Source: Camelus dromedarius
Taxonomy: Eukaryota
Direction: 5' to 3'
Length of the DNA stretch: 64,000 bases
Assembly: GCF_036321535.1 (NCBI RefSeq)
Contig: NC_087437.1
Coordinates: 54,438,001 to 54,502,000, forward strand
Part shown: positions 12,100 to 23,490 of the stretch, in pieces
How the letters are laid out: each line of letters starts with the position of its first letter
Numbering within the stretch: position 1 is the first letter of the stretch
Notes under the pieces: model-generated
Told to the model about the DNA's origin: nothing
Seen by the model: the letters and a program-made list of their open reading frames with translations, nothing else
The model's database searches: none
Made by a program: the position numbers and the translations under genes

Positions 12100-12945
12100 A
12101 GTCAGCAGATGTATGCATGACTTCCAGAAATTCTCCTTAGAGGAAGAACTTCTCCTCTTTTCACCCTTTCTTCTACTCAGACTGTAGATGTAATGGTTGG
12201 AGCTCCAGCAGCCATCTTTGTCCTTGAGGCAACCTTGAGAATGAATGTCACACATTAAAGCAATAAGAGAGAAGGAGCTTGGGTCCCTGATTCCTGGGAC
12301 TGTAACCCCCTATCTCAGGCTGCCTACTTCAAATGTCTTTTAAGTGATTGTATTAGTTTCTGATTGCTGCTCTGATGAATTACTCCAAATTTACATGATT
12401 TCCAACATGATTTTTTCCCCATCACACAGTTCTACAGATCAGCAGTCTGACAGGGATTCACTGGGTAAGATCATGGTATCAGCAGGGGGCATTCTTTTCT
12501 GAAGACATAGGGGAAATTTTGTTTCCTTGTTTTTTCCAGTTTCTAGAAGCTACCCACTTTCCTTGGATCATGGCCCTCTTGTTCTACCTTCAAAGCCAGC
12601 AGTGTCAGGCCAATCCTTCTTATGCTGCCATCACTCTGGGCTCCTCTTCCAGTTCCCACTTCCACTATTAAGGACCCTTGGGATTACACTGTGCCCACCT
12701 GGATCCTGGATGATCTCCATATTTTAAGGTCAGTTTATTAACAATCTTAATTCCAACTTCCTCCTTAATTCCCCTTTGCCACCCAACCTAAGATATTCAC
12801 AGGTTCTGGAGATTATAGGACATGGATGTCTTTGTGAGGCCTATCCCACAGTGGCAGAGAAATAAATTTCTGTCTTGTACACACCACTGTTTTTCAGCTC
12901 TTTGTTGTCCATAGCTGAGCCTCATGCATTCTCGTAACAGACACT
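12100..12945 (+). mobile_element. MaLR LTR (MLT1J/K-like) split by a second MLT1
   Basis: gatgtaatggttggagctccagcagccatct...ggagcttgggtccctga before 12349; gagaaataaatttctgtcttg...ccactgtttt...atagctga after 12850. Confidence 0.65.
12349..12850 (-). mobile_element. MaLR LTR (MLT1B/C/D-like), near full length
   Basis: TG...CA termini (tgtattagtttctgattgctgct ... cctatcccaca); internal aaggacccttgggattacactg and atattcacaggttctggagatta. Confidence 0.8.
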
Positions 12946-15130
12946 TGCTGAATACCCACTCTGTACATGGCGCTGCCGGGCCATGGTGGTGCTGGCTGAG
13001 GTCTGATAATCCTGGATGATCCTGGTCTTCATGGTCCTCCAGTGGCTGTGAGACCCATCTTGCAATAGCACGTGGCCCTAGAAGCATCCACACGTCCACA
13101 GTGATGTTGCTCGCTGCCACTGGAGCAGAAAGAGGCTGCTCACCTATGAACTGACCACAACTCCTACTCCCCAGCATCTACAGACTTGACTTAACACAGA
13201 GAAGGAAACTGAGGCTCAGAGCCACAAGGGACTTGCCCAAGTTCCCACAGAAGTTCATGGCACTGTCAGGACTAAAATACAGGTCTCTGAAACCCTCTCC
13301 TGCATCACATTATTTTCCTGGGTTTTCAAGGAAGGACATAGTGGACATACTCCCACAGGTCCATGGTCCCAGGCACCCAGGGCACACATCTTGGCACAAG
13401 CCAAAGACCATGTTTACCTCTGTCACAGTGATTCAAATGGCATCAAATCTTTCCAGCACTTGGCTGGATTTTCTATATTTTCCTTCTATCTCTGGGATAT
13501 GCATAGTGAAATTCTCCGGTGTATAGATTATGTATTCTCCTATTCCCCACACTCTCATGATCCATTTCTTCTATTTGTTAAATAGGGGCCTGTTAGGACT
13601 TAACAGGACTTACTAGGTTACGTGGATAGCTAAAGCCCAAGTTAAGGGCTCAGACTTGGGAAGTTATGCATTCCAGTGCCATCTTTGATTTTGCCCTCCT
13701 CTCTCTGGTTGTCAGCATTTCCATCTTTAAACACACAGGGAAACAGCAAACGTGCTTCAGAACAATTGCAAAGACCAGCTAATCAAACTCATTGTGAAGC
13801 ATGTTAGCACCATCCGCAGTGTCATCTGACTGCTTATAATAAAACATTGAGCAACTGGGAGTCCAGCTCACCCCATTTGGCTGTGAGTCATACTCCCTAG
13901 TAACATTGAGTGAAAGTGATGAGAACTTGAACCAGGCCAGGATACAGAGCCGGGAGGTGCCTGACAGCCAACCTAGCACAGACATGTGCCTGAAAGCTAA
14001 TGGGCTGGGAAGACCTTCACAAAGCCCTTTGCTAAAACTCTCTGCTCTGCTATTCTTAAAGATCTGATTTCCCAAGCTCTCTTTGGTAACTGTTCCTGGG
14101 TTACACACTTCAGATAGTTGGAAAGACTTCCCTTACGCAATTGAAGTGCATTTGCTTTGGCTCTGTCTTCAGTGGGAATGGAAAAAAGCTATTTACACAC
14201 AGCCCCATACCCCAGTCCTTACAGTGATATCCTTTCTGATGCCTGACGGCTGGTATTGAGATAGCGCTTCCGTAGGATGTCCCAATGCTTATTGCACGTA
14301 AATGCAGTGACTTTACATATATATATACATTTTAATGTAAGAGGTTTTGCATTGAGTTAAAAATGCTAGAGTCTGAGAATTTCAGAGCTGGGTGAGATCT
14401 TAGAGATCATTTCTTCTAAACATCTAGATTTTACACATGAGAAGATCGTGGCTCCAATGTATGCGATCTTGCTTAAGTTTACACAGTTACAGTGTTGAGA
14501 CAAAGAACTGTGGAAAAGGCTGAAGGAATTTTGATAGTAACGTATCATTAAATAATGTTTAACTTATGCTAATTTCTGATTTGTGCATTCTTTGCATAAT
14601 ACCTTCTGATGTTTGTAAGGCACTATGATAATTATTTTGAGCATAAGCAGTCATCCTCCCTTCTGTATAATGGCTGTTTGCTCTTCTTCTGTCAGGGAAC
14701 TCATTTTCCCTCAATTAAGCATAATCCTGCACATTCATGTCAGCTTCTCTAATTCAAGGGGTCATAGTGAATTGAAATTTGACTTTATCTGGCTTCATCT
14801 AGCATTATGGAGTAGCTCCTATAAGCCGGGCACTGTCACATAGCACCTCATTTGACCTATCTTGAGGACATTATCAACCACAACTTAGAGCTGAAATAAA
14901 GTGAAGCACCAGGAGGTTAAGCAGCAGAACTGGCTCACCACCACCCCCACCCTCCCACCCTACCCCTGCCCTGGGCCTCCCACGGTGACTCAGGGCATTG
15001 CCACAGTTTTCTGAGGAAGAGGCTAAGCCAACAAAAGTTCATGTTGAGGTCATGGTGATTGGGCCTAAGGTCACAGGGTTCATTTGCAACAGAGTCAAAT
15101 GAGCTTTGACTATGTAGCCCTAGAATCTTT

Positions 15131-15269
15131 AATTTTGGGGGAGGTGGTAATTAGGTTTGTTTACTTATTTGTTATTTTTTATTTTTTTAATGGAGGTACT
15201 CGGGATTGAACCCAGGATCTCATGCATGCTAAGCACGCACTGAACCACCAAGATATACCATCCCGCTCG
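15131..15269 (-). mobile_element. Vic-1-like SINE
   Basis: tggaggtactcgggattgaacccaggatctcatgcatgctaagcacgcac. TSD gaatcttt at 15123-15130 and 15270-15277. Confidence 0.85.
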
Positions 15270-15689
15270 GAATCTTTGTTTTTGAAAATCACCCTTAACT
15301 CACTGCAGGTCGACCATCTAGAGAGACCCGAAGATACAGATTGGCTTCTCCAAGTCCCCTAACCACAATCACTGAGTCCCCAGTCTGTCACTCTGAGCAC
15401 AAGTGATTTCTTACTGTTAATAACAAGCCAGACAATGAAAGCCAAGATCCATTTCTTGAGAATCTCAGTCATTTCCATAGGACTCTGTTCTCCCAACTTG
15501 CGGATCACACCTTGGCTGGATTATTAAATACTAGCATCATCTTCCTGAGAGTTTTATTAATGGTTCTTTGTCCCACAAGTGAAGAGGGGGTCAAGTTCTC
15601 TAGTAAGAATCACAGGCAAGTTAATCACAATTAAAGCAACTAAGAAAAGAAAACAAACGAATCCTACTTTCCCAGTCACTTCTCCGTGG

Positions 15690-16077
15690 TCTCCCGTGCT
15701 TCTGTTTCACCAACGCGGCCTACCTCCATGGCCTAAAAACACCCAGACTTTCCCACTTGCAATGCTTTATTCATATCATTATGTCAGCCTGGAATGCCCC
15801 CCTTTCCTCATTCTCAGTCTATCAAAACCTTACTCATTGTTTAAAGGCTAGTTCAACATCACCCTGTGGGAAGAGTTCCTAATCCCCCACGTTGGGATGA
15901 AATTCTTCTTTCTCCAGTTCTTTTTTCACTAAGTCTGTAGAGTGGATTTTTTTATTACATGTCTGTCTCCTACACTAAACTGTGACTTCTTGAGGACCCA
16001 AATCAAGTGGGATTCACGTGGGCCGGGTGCACAGGCTCACAATATGCACTTGACATATGTTTATTGAATGAATAAAA
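15690..16077 (+). mobile_element. L2 3' portion
   Basis: gcctggaatgcccc...ctgtctcctacactaaactgtgacttcttgagg...atatgtttattgaatgaataaa. Confidence 0.7.
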
Positions 16078-16689
16078 TTACCATCAAATGCCATTTCCTC
16101 CTTTCCCTTTTCTTATCAGACATTCAAAGATATTCAACATCTCGAGTGTCTTCCTGCTCACAATCTGTACCTCCTTTTCTACAAATATTCCATAAGGGGT
16201 AAGCAAGCTGCTACTGTTATGAAACACTTGCCAGGGATTGCTAGAAATGGTGCACCGCTCACTAGTTCTGTTACATCTTAAGGGTTTCCTTTCTTTTTCT
16301 TTCTTACTTTTTTTCTTTTTTTAATTGCAGTTCAGCACAATCTTTTCGCTCCTTGTTAAGCACTAAGGAGGATGCTCACAGATCAGAAACCCCTGAATGT
16401 CAGAACCAGAGGAAAAAATCTAGTAATCTAGCCCGGCTTCTTTTATTAAGCAACAGGGAAAGAGAGTCTTAGAAAGAGCCAGTTACTTGCCCACTTATTT
16501 GCCGCAGTCACATAGCAAGTTCCTAGAACGCTGAGACGAGGTTGGAATCTCCTGTCCTCCAGGCCAATGCTCTTTCCAATTCTGGAAACTTGTTATATGG
16601 TTTAATCGCTAAATCAATATTTGACCCCATTCTCTACTCCTAGCTGTGAATTCCACTTCTTTGTTTGAGAAGAGGGAATCCTAGCTCTC

Positions 16690-16816
16690 CATTTTTTTAA
16701 TTTATTTACTTTTAATTTTTCTTTATGGAGGTACTGGGGATAGGTACTGGGGATTGGACCCAGGACCTCGTGCATGCTAAGCATAACACTCTACCACTGA
16801 GCTATGAACGCCCCCA
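16690..16816 (-). mobile_element. Vic-1-like SINE with a 13-bp internal duplication
   Basis: aggtactggggat twice (16729-16754), then tggacccaggacctcgtgcatgctaagc...ctaccactgagcta. TSD ggaatcc(t/c)agct(c/t)tc at 16675-16689 and 16817-16831. Confidence 0.88.
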
Positions 16817-17902
16817 GGAATCCCAGCTTTCTGATGCATCCTCAGTTAGCCTGATGTTCCCAAGGCTCTCAGTGAGCAGGTCTGGCCAGTCCTGGCTGCC
16901 TGCTGCCCCACTGCTCTTCACCACAGCCCTGACCAGATCAGATGCCCTCTCTTCTCATTGTCCTGTCACTCACACGCACACCTCACTCCAGCCTCCAGGC
17001 CTCTGCTTCAGCCCTTCTGTTACCAAGGAACTCCTCTCACCGTGCTTTTGATCATTTCTTAAACAAACTCATTTATTCCTCACAAAAAACTTACGAGTCA
17101 TGGAGCAGTCTTATCCCCATGTGACGTACAGAGAGATTAAGTCACCTAAGCTCAAGGTCACACAGTTTACAAACAGTAGACCTGGTGGTCTAAGTTGTAA
17201 ACAGTGGAAAAAACAAACGAGATGAGCCCAGGTCTTCCAAGCCAGGGAGGTCCCTGCTCTTTCACATTCATTCCACTCTCTCAGGAGGTGAAATCAGTCG
17301 TTTCCAAACTCTTCTTTCTTGAGTACATTTGAGGAAACTGATTCTTACCCTAGAGAGTCCCTTCCTAGGGCAATTAGATGTGGGAGACGTGGGTCTTCTG
17401 GCTTCAGAATTTTTTTTCCTGCTAAAAATGGCAAGCACAGTCACGATTTTTAAAAAATCTATAAATGGGCTATTCGCATTTCCTCGTCAGAAAAATTCAC
17501 CTTTAGGGTACAGTACTCTATGGAAAATTCCAGTGGAGAAAGGAAAATTTCTCAAAGAGTGGTGAGCAATCGTGAATAGAAATTTTGAAACAGACAGAAA
17601 GGCATTTGGTAACCTCTGGTATTTGTGACTGCAAGCACCAGGCCTTGCAGAGAGAATACCTTCAGAACAAATGAGTGTGTTAGTCAGACTTAAGAGGGAT
17701 TTTTTACTGACTTTGGGTATCGACTTTCACAAAGAAAAATGTCTGATGGCCCAGTTCTTTAGAGTTGTGTTCTCGGACGGGCAAAGAAGCTGAAAGGCAG
17801 AATAAAGCATCCTGAAATTAGAGCGATATGTACTAGGTCTTTAGAGTGAGGACACTCTTTGTTCAGTTGATAAGCACCTGCAGCCCTGAGTTGGAAAATT
17901 CA

Positions 17903-18005
17903 GGAAGAAAGGAAGGAAGGAAAGAAGGAAGGGAGGGAGGGAAAGAAGGAAGGAGAGATAGAACAAAAAGAAAGATAGAAAGAAGGAAGGGAAGGAGGAA
18001 GAAAA
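17903..18005. repeat. Purine-rich (GGAA/GGGA)n low-complexity tract
   Basis: ggaagaaaggaaggaaggaaagaaggaagggagggaggg... Confidence 0.85.
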
Positions 18006-19442
18006 TAGTCAAATGCGGTTTCTCTTCTCACTCCATTAAAAATTCTCAACTATTCTAAGGATAAATTCTCTTCAATACTAAATTCTATTTTCCACCCATA
18101 ATACTAACTCTGGTCTTTGTAACACACACACACACACACAACTACCCAGGGAAGGATGAATAAGTAGAATTACCCCCAAAGAATGTGTAGTCTGTTTATT
18201 TGAAAACCACAGTGATGTGAGCTGCAGCTTATAAAACACCGACACTTTGCTTCGTGCTTGGAGAACCCTTCTTGCAGCCATGACAGTGCTGCACACCTTC
18301 CCGAGGCCCAGCTCGGAGTGAAGGTGGCACTGTGCATGGCGGGGCTGGTGCTCTGTGAGCTCAGTTCCAGCCTCTTTCCATCCCACAGCAAAGGGCACTG
18401 TCTCTAGTGGGACAGAAAGAACAGGCCCCCAGCGAGAAAAAGGAGGTGACATGTATAATGAACAAGACAATCTTGCTGAGAAAGCGAGTTTAGTCTCAGC
18501 CTTGCTATCACTCACCTTGAGAGGTTAGGAACCAGTCCCCTTCTCAGGTTGCAGGAAAATGAAGGGGCATGGCCAGAGGCTCATAAGATTCTCTTCCAAC
18601 TCTAATATTTAATGGTGGTTGTGATTCAAGTCACATATCTCACTGTTGTTGCACCTAGACTATGGCCAAGTTGGACCGAATGACCTCTAAGTGCCCTCTA
18701 GCTCTGGGAATCTGTGGCTTTATGACTAAATAAAGGATCACTAAACAGATGTTTGCCCGAACCATAAGGGATGCTCCCGATGCTCCAGCTCAGCCTAAGG
18801 CACAAGGTTCTCCAGCAAGAGGTCAGAGGGCAAGAAGGTGAGACTTTCCACCACTTGGGCAGAGTGGGAGCTTCCCACATCTGAGATCACCATTCTCCCC
18901 CACAGCCCCTGCCTTCAGACCTGCTATTCCAGCAGCCCTGATCATCAGAAGACTGGATGGGCCTGGGTTTCACAACTCAGGGTTCTTTCTAGGACCTCCG
19001 AGATCACCAACCCCAAACTTCTTCCCTGTGCATTCCTAGTAAACAGTTTTCCAGTTTCTGCCTGGAGGCGGTTTGTTCCATTTTTAAAGAGCTTCAATTG
19101 CTGAGAAATGTCTTGGGTCAAGGTGGGGCAAAGTCTGTCTCCCTATAACTTCTACCATTGGTCAGATCTGTCCTCTGGGGCCTCCATGACAATCTATCCT
19201 CTCTTCCTCCCCATGGAAGCCCACCAGACCTTTGGAGACAACATGCAAGGCCTTATTACATCTTCTCCAGGATAAGAAACTCTAATTCTTCTAATAACAT
19301 GGTTTTCAGTTATATTACTCTCTTGGTCTGTAAATTCTCCAAACCATCAAAGATGACATGGGACTTGGGAGATAAAAGACCTAGATTTGAGGTGTGCATC
19401 TACCAATGGGCTGTATTTCATCAACATGAAGTTTGTTTGTTT

Positions 19443-20355
19443 GGTTTTTGTATATTATTTTTATTGAAGTATAGTCAGTTTACAATGTTGTGTCAATTTT
19501 TGGTGTGCAGTACAGCACAATGCTTCGGCCATATATGAACATACATATATTTGTTTTCATATTTTTTTCACCATAATTTACTACAAGACATTGAACATAG
19601 TTCCCTGTGCTATACAGTATGAACTTGTTGTTTATCTATTTTATATAGACTAGTTAGTATCTGCAAATCTCGGACTCCCAGTTTATCCCTTCCCACCCCT
19701 TTCCCCTCCTAGTAACCGTAAGTTTGTATTCTTTGTCTGTGAGTCTCTTTCTGTTTGTAAATAAGTTAGTTTGTCTTTTTTTTTCTTTTGAGATTCCACG
19801 TATAAGTGATATAATATGGTATTTTTCTTTCTCTTTCTGGCTTACTTCACTTAGAATGACATTCTCCAGGTCCATCCATGCTGCTGCAAGTGGTATTATT
19901 TTATTATTTTTTATGGCTGAATCATATTCCATTGTATTAATATATCACATCTTCTTTTTCCAGTCATCTGTTGATGGACATTTAGGCTGTTTCCATGTCT
20001 TGGCTATTGTAAATAGTGCTGCTGTGAACACTGGGGTGCATGTATCTTTTTGAATTAAGGTTCCCTCTGGATATATGCCCAGGAGTGGGATTGCCGGGTC
20101 CTATGGTAAGTCTATTTTTAGTCTTTTGAGGAATCTCCATACTGTTTTCCATAATGGCTGCACCAAACCGCATTCCCACCAGCAGTGTAGGAGGGTTCCC
20201 TTTTCTCCACACCCTCTCCAACATTTATCGTTTGTGGAGTTTTGAATGATGGCTATTCTGACTGGTGTGAGGTGATACCTCATTGTAGTTTTGATTTGCA
20301 TTTCTCTGATAATTAAAGATATTGAGCATTTTTTCATGTGCCTATCGGCCATTTA
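19443..20355 (-). mobile_element. Relatively young 5'-truncated L1 (ORF2 C-terminus plus 3' UTR)
   Basis: Minus ORFs give L1 ORF2 peptides [28 protein letters not shown]...[21 protein letters not shown] and MEYDSAIK...WMDLENVILSEVSQ, interrupted by stops. Candidate TSD tttgtttgttt at 19432-19442 and 20356-20366. Confidence 0.95.
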
Positions 20356-20583
20356 TTTGTTTGTTTTTTAATTGAAGTGTAGCTGAGTTACAACGTTGTG
20401 TTAGTTTCTGGTGTATAGGCTAGCGATTCAGTTATGCTTATTATACATGTTCTTTTTCAGTATAGATTACTAGAAGCTGTTGAATACTGTTCCCTGTGCT
20501 GTACAGCAGGACCTTATTGTTTATCTATTTTACATATAGTAGTTAGTATCTGTAAATCCCAAACTCCTAATTTATCTTCCTCC
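20356..20583 (-). mobile_element. Second, older L1 3' end whose tail received the 19443-20355 insertion
   Basis: ttaattgaagtgtagctgagttacaacgttgtgttagtttctggtgta...gttccctgtgctgtacagcaggacc...atcccaaactcctaatttatc. Confidence 0.88.
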
Positions 20584-20996
20584 TTTTTATGTAGGATAAA
20601 TGAAATATTGGGCACAGAAAGCTTGTAAATGATAAACTGCTTCATAAAAATTATTACTGCTGCTAGATATTACTGAAAATAACAACTACTACTATTAAAA
20701 CAAGAATAAAATCCAGCTGTGTTCCCAGAGTACAGAATAGGAAAGGGAGATCTCCCTGCTCTGGATATTATATTTGTATGCACTCATAGCTATTTTGGTA
20801 GGTGGAGTCTCAGAGTTAGTTCATCCTGAGTTCACAGAAAACCAAATACTGAAGATTTGTTACACACACTGTTGTCAGCCTAGGTTTCCCCACTTCTTGT
20901 TATTGTAAAGCTGAGGAATTTACTTTTGTCTCTGACATTTTGTCTTGTTGGTGTACCCTTTTCACACACTTTTGGACTATGATTCAGCCACCAAAA

Positions 20997-21190
20997 ACAG
21001 TGCTTTCCAATCCTGGCTTCATATTAGAATCATTGTGGAATTTTTTAACCATAAACTTTCATCTCAAACTCTATTTTCAAGATTTTGATTCATTCGTTCT
21101 AGGGAAGGACCCAGGAAGCTATACCTAAAGCAAGCATCTTAGGTGGTTATCAACCAGCACATCAGGATCCATCAGCCTGGAATCCAAGGC
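20997..21190. mobile_element. MER5B-like hAT-Charlie element
   Basis: cagtgctttccaatcctggcttcatattagaatca...tctagggaaggacccaggaa...aagcatcttaggtggttatc. Confidence 0.6.
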
Positions 21191-23299
21191 ATACCACAGC
21201 CTCCTCTGCTCACTCTCACTTTCATACCTGATAAGCATGATTTTTTGAGGGAACTGCCTAGAGGGTAAGGAGCTATCAACATGGAAGGGCAGACAATAGC
21301 TCTTCCATAGCTCTTGCATTCTGTTAATGTTCTTTTACAAATCATTTATCTCCTCATTCTATAAAAGAATGTAGATACAGCAACCTATAGGTGAACAGGG
21401 CATATGGGTTATCAAATGCACAGAAGCTTCAGAATACCCTATTTCTTTTCTTTCCTGCCTATACCAGAAGTATGCAATCTGGCCAAAGAGAGAATCCAGT
21501 CTAAGAGCCAGAGAAGTTGACTATCTCCTTGGTCCATCTCCATCTTATTTTCCCACTGAAGCCCTCAGTTTGTGTAACAGTTAAGAGATCTTAAATACAT
21601 GTATCTTCTGGCTGATAGATGACACATGCAACCACTTGCTACTCCAATGCCCATGACAGACATGGCTAATCAGTTGCAATCCTCTTTCTGACTAAGATCA
21701 GATATGACCTCCAAATGCCTCCCAACCTAGAGCCCAACTCAGCCACTAGCCAGTAGGCAAGTAAATTGAAAATGACCACCTTCAATCTAGCTAACGCTTG
21801 ACCACTTCATTTTATAGGAAAGCCTCAGAGAGATGAGTTTACTTGCAAGTTCACACAGCCTTGCCTAAAATGATCTGGAAGAATTCTTCCTGGGCTGCGA
21901 GGAGCCCTATGTCGTCCTGATTCTGTTCTATGATTCATTTATTCAGCACACATGTACTGAGAATCCTCTATGTGCTAGGCAAGGTGGGGTCGGGGGTAGG
22001 GGGAGAAAAAGAAAGGAAAGAGTCATAGTTCTTTCTCTCATGCACAAAGTCTACTCAGCAGACCTACAAATAATGAGCCAAGGTGGGTGGTGGATGGCTA
22101 CCAACGAAACTCAAGGCAGAAAGAATCACATGACCATCATTTTAAGGAATAGTGTTTGTCTCATCTTTTAGCTAAAAAATATGAATTCACCACAATAAGA
22201 AAATATGGTACATTAAATTCATGTTTGTGTCCATGAGATCCCTTCAAATCTCTTGTAAGGTAGGGACCCCATCACCTCTATTATCTCAATAACACTTAGG
22301 GTATTATTATGTATGCCCAGAATTTTGCCTCTACCCTCAGCCAAATCTTCTCATACTTAAGTCTGGACATATAAAAGCACAATTGTGTTACTAAAGATCT
22401 TTTAAAATGTCTTAGCTCTATGACTACTGGATTTCTTCATACGTATCTGCATTAAAAGGCTCTTCCCTGCATTATGAAGGCTGTGGTCTGCTTCTTATTA
22501 CGTCCCAGACAAGAACCTCCTTGTCCATTAATCCAGAGACCATTTCTCTGGCCTGCTCAGGCCCTCAGAGCCCTACTCTAAGACCCTGAATTCATTGTTC
22601 TCAGAAATAGGCATTTCATAGAAAACAAGATGCCATTTTGTTTCTGGGGATGGGGCCTAAATTTTTCTTATTGCCTCTGGTGAGATGATATTCTGTTCTC
22701 CTTTCTCCATTTCAGTATAAAACATGCTGTAAAGTATGTGCTAATTAATACATCTGTTTGTCTGACAAAGTAGTTGAAAAGCATCTATTTAAACTGTGAT
22801 TCACATTTTTCCTTTCATCCTGTCTGCAGATTTTCGTGCATGAATCAAATGGGGAGCCTGATTGCACTACTATTTTAAAGAGCCAATTAAAAAGTTCATT
22901 AAGTGATACTGGTGTGTTTTAGTGCAGGTAATAGAAGTGTAAAGTTATTCATGCCATTAACAAGCTGAAAGATACGACTGGATTTGACGGCAAAATTCAT
23001 TTCTTCCCCTTTCTCAAATGCCCTCCAGAAGGAGAACTGTGTCTCCACCAGAGACAGGCAGTGGGCATTTGGTCTGGACAAGGAATAATAAGGCATGATT
23101 AGGGTACAAAAAAGCAAGCCATGTATACGTACTCAGAGAGTTCAGTGACTAAGGCTTTACAGTCACTCCTATAGAAGAAAGACTGGCTTGTTTTAAGTCC
23201 TCCAAGTCTAAACCACATCCCTTAAGCTTTAACTAGGACTTAGAATCTTTACTGAATGAGTATAGATGGAGGAAACATTTGCAGGTCAGGCAGTCAGAG

Positions 23300-23490
23300 C
23301 ACCTACACAGGCACCCAACTGTTCCTGAAATATGATCTTGATTGTAGATCCTGCCTGTTGCCCAAGCTCATTCTTTCAGCCTCCCACTTATTTTGTGAGC
23401 CCCAATATCACTTCAATATAGTACCTTTTCACATGAGACAACCAGAGTTTATTTCTATTGCTTGCAGCCAACAATCCCGATTAGTTCTAA
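23300..23490 (+). mobile_element. ERVL LTR16/LTR33-type 3' fragment
   Basis: gtgagccccaatatcacttcaata...ccagagtttatttctattgcttgcagccaacaatcccgat resembles the ERVL LTR 3' end. Confidence 0.5.

Noticed and set aside
12950..13170. Exon-like minus-strand stretch (MKTRIIQDYQTSASTTMARQRHVQSG)
   Set aside because: Weak donor, runs into repeat sequence, and no recognisable homology.
19654..20352. Protein-like minus-strand ORFs
   Set aside because: Broken L1 ORF2 C-terminus, not a host gene.
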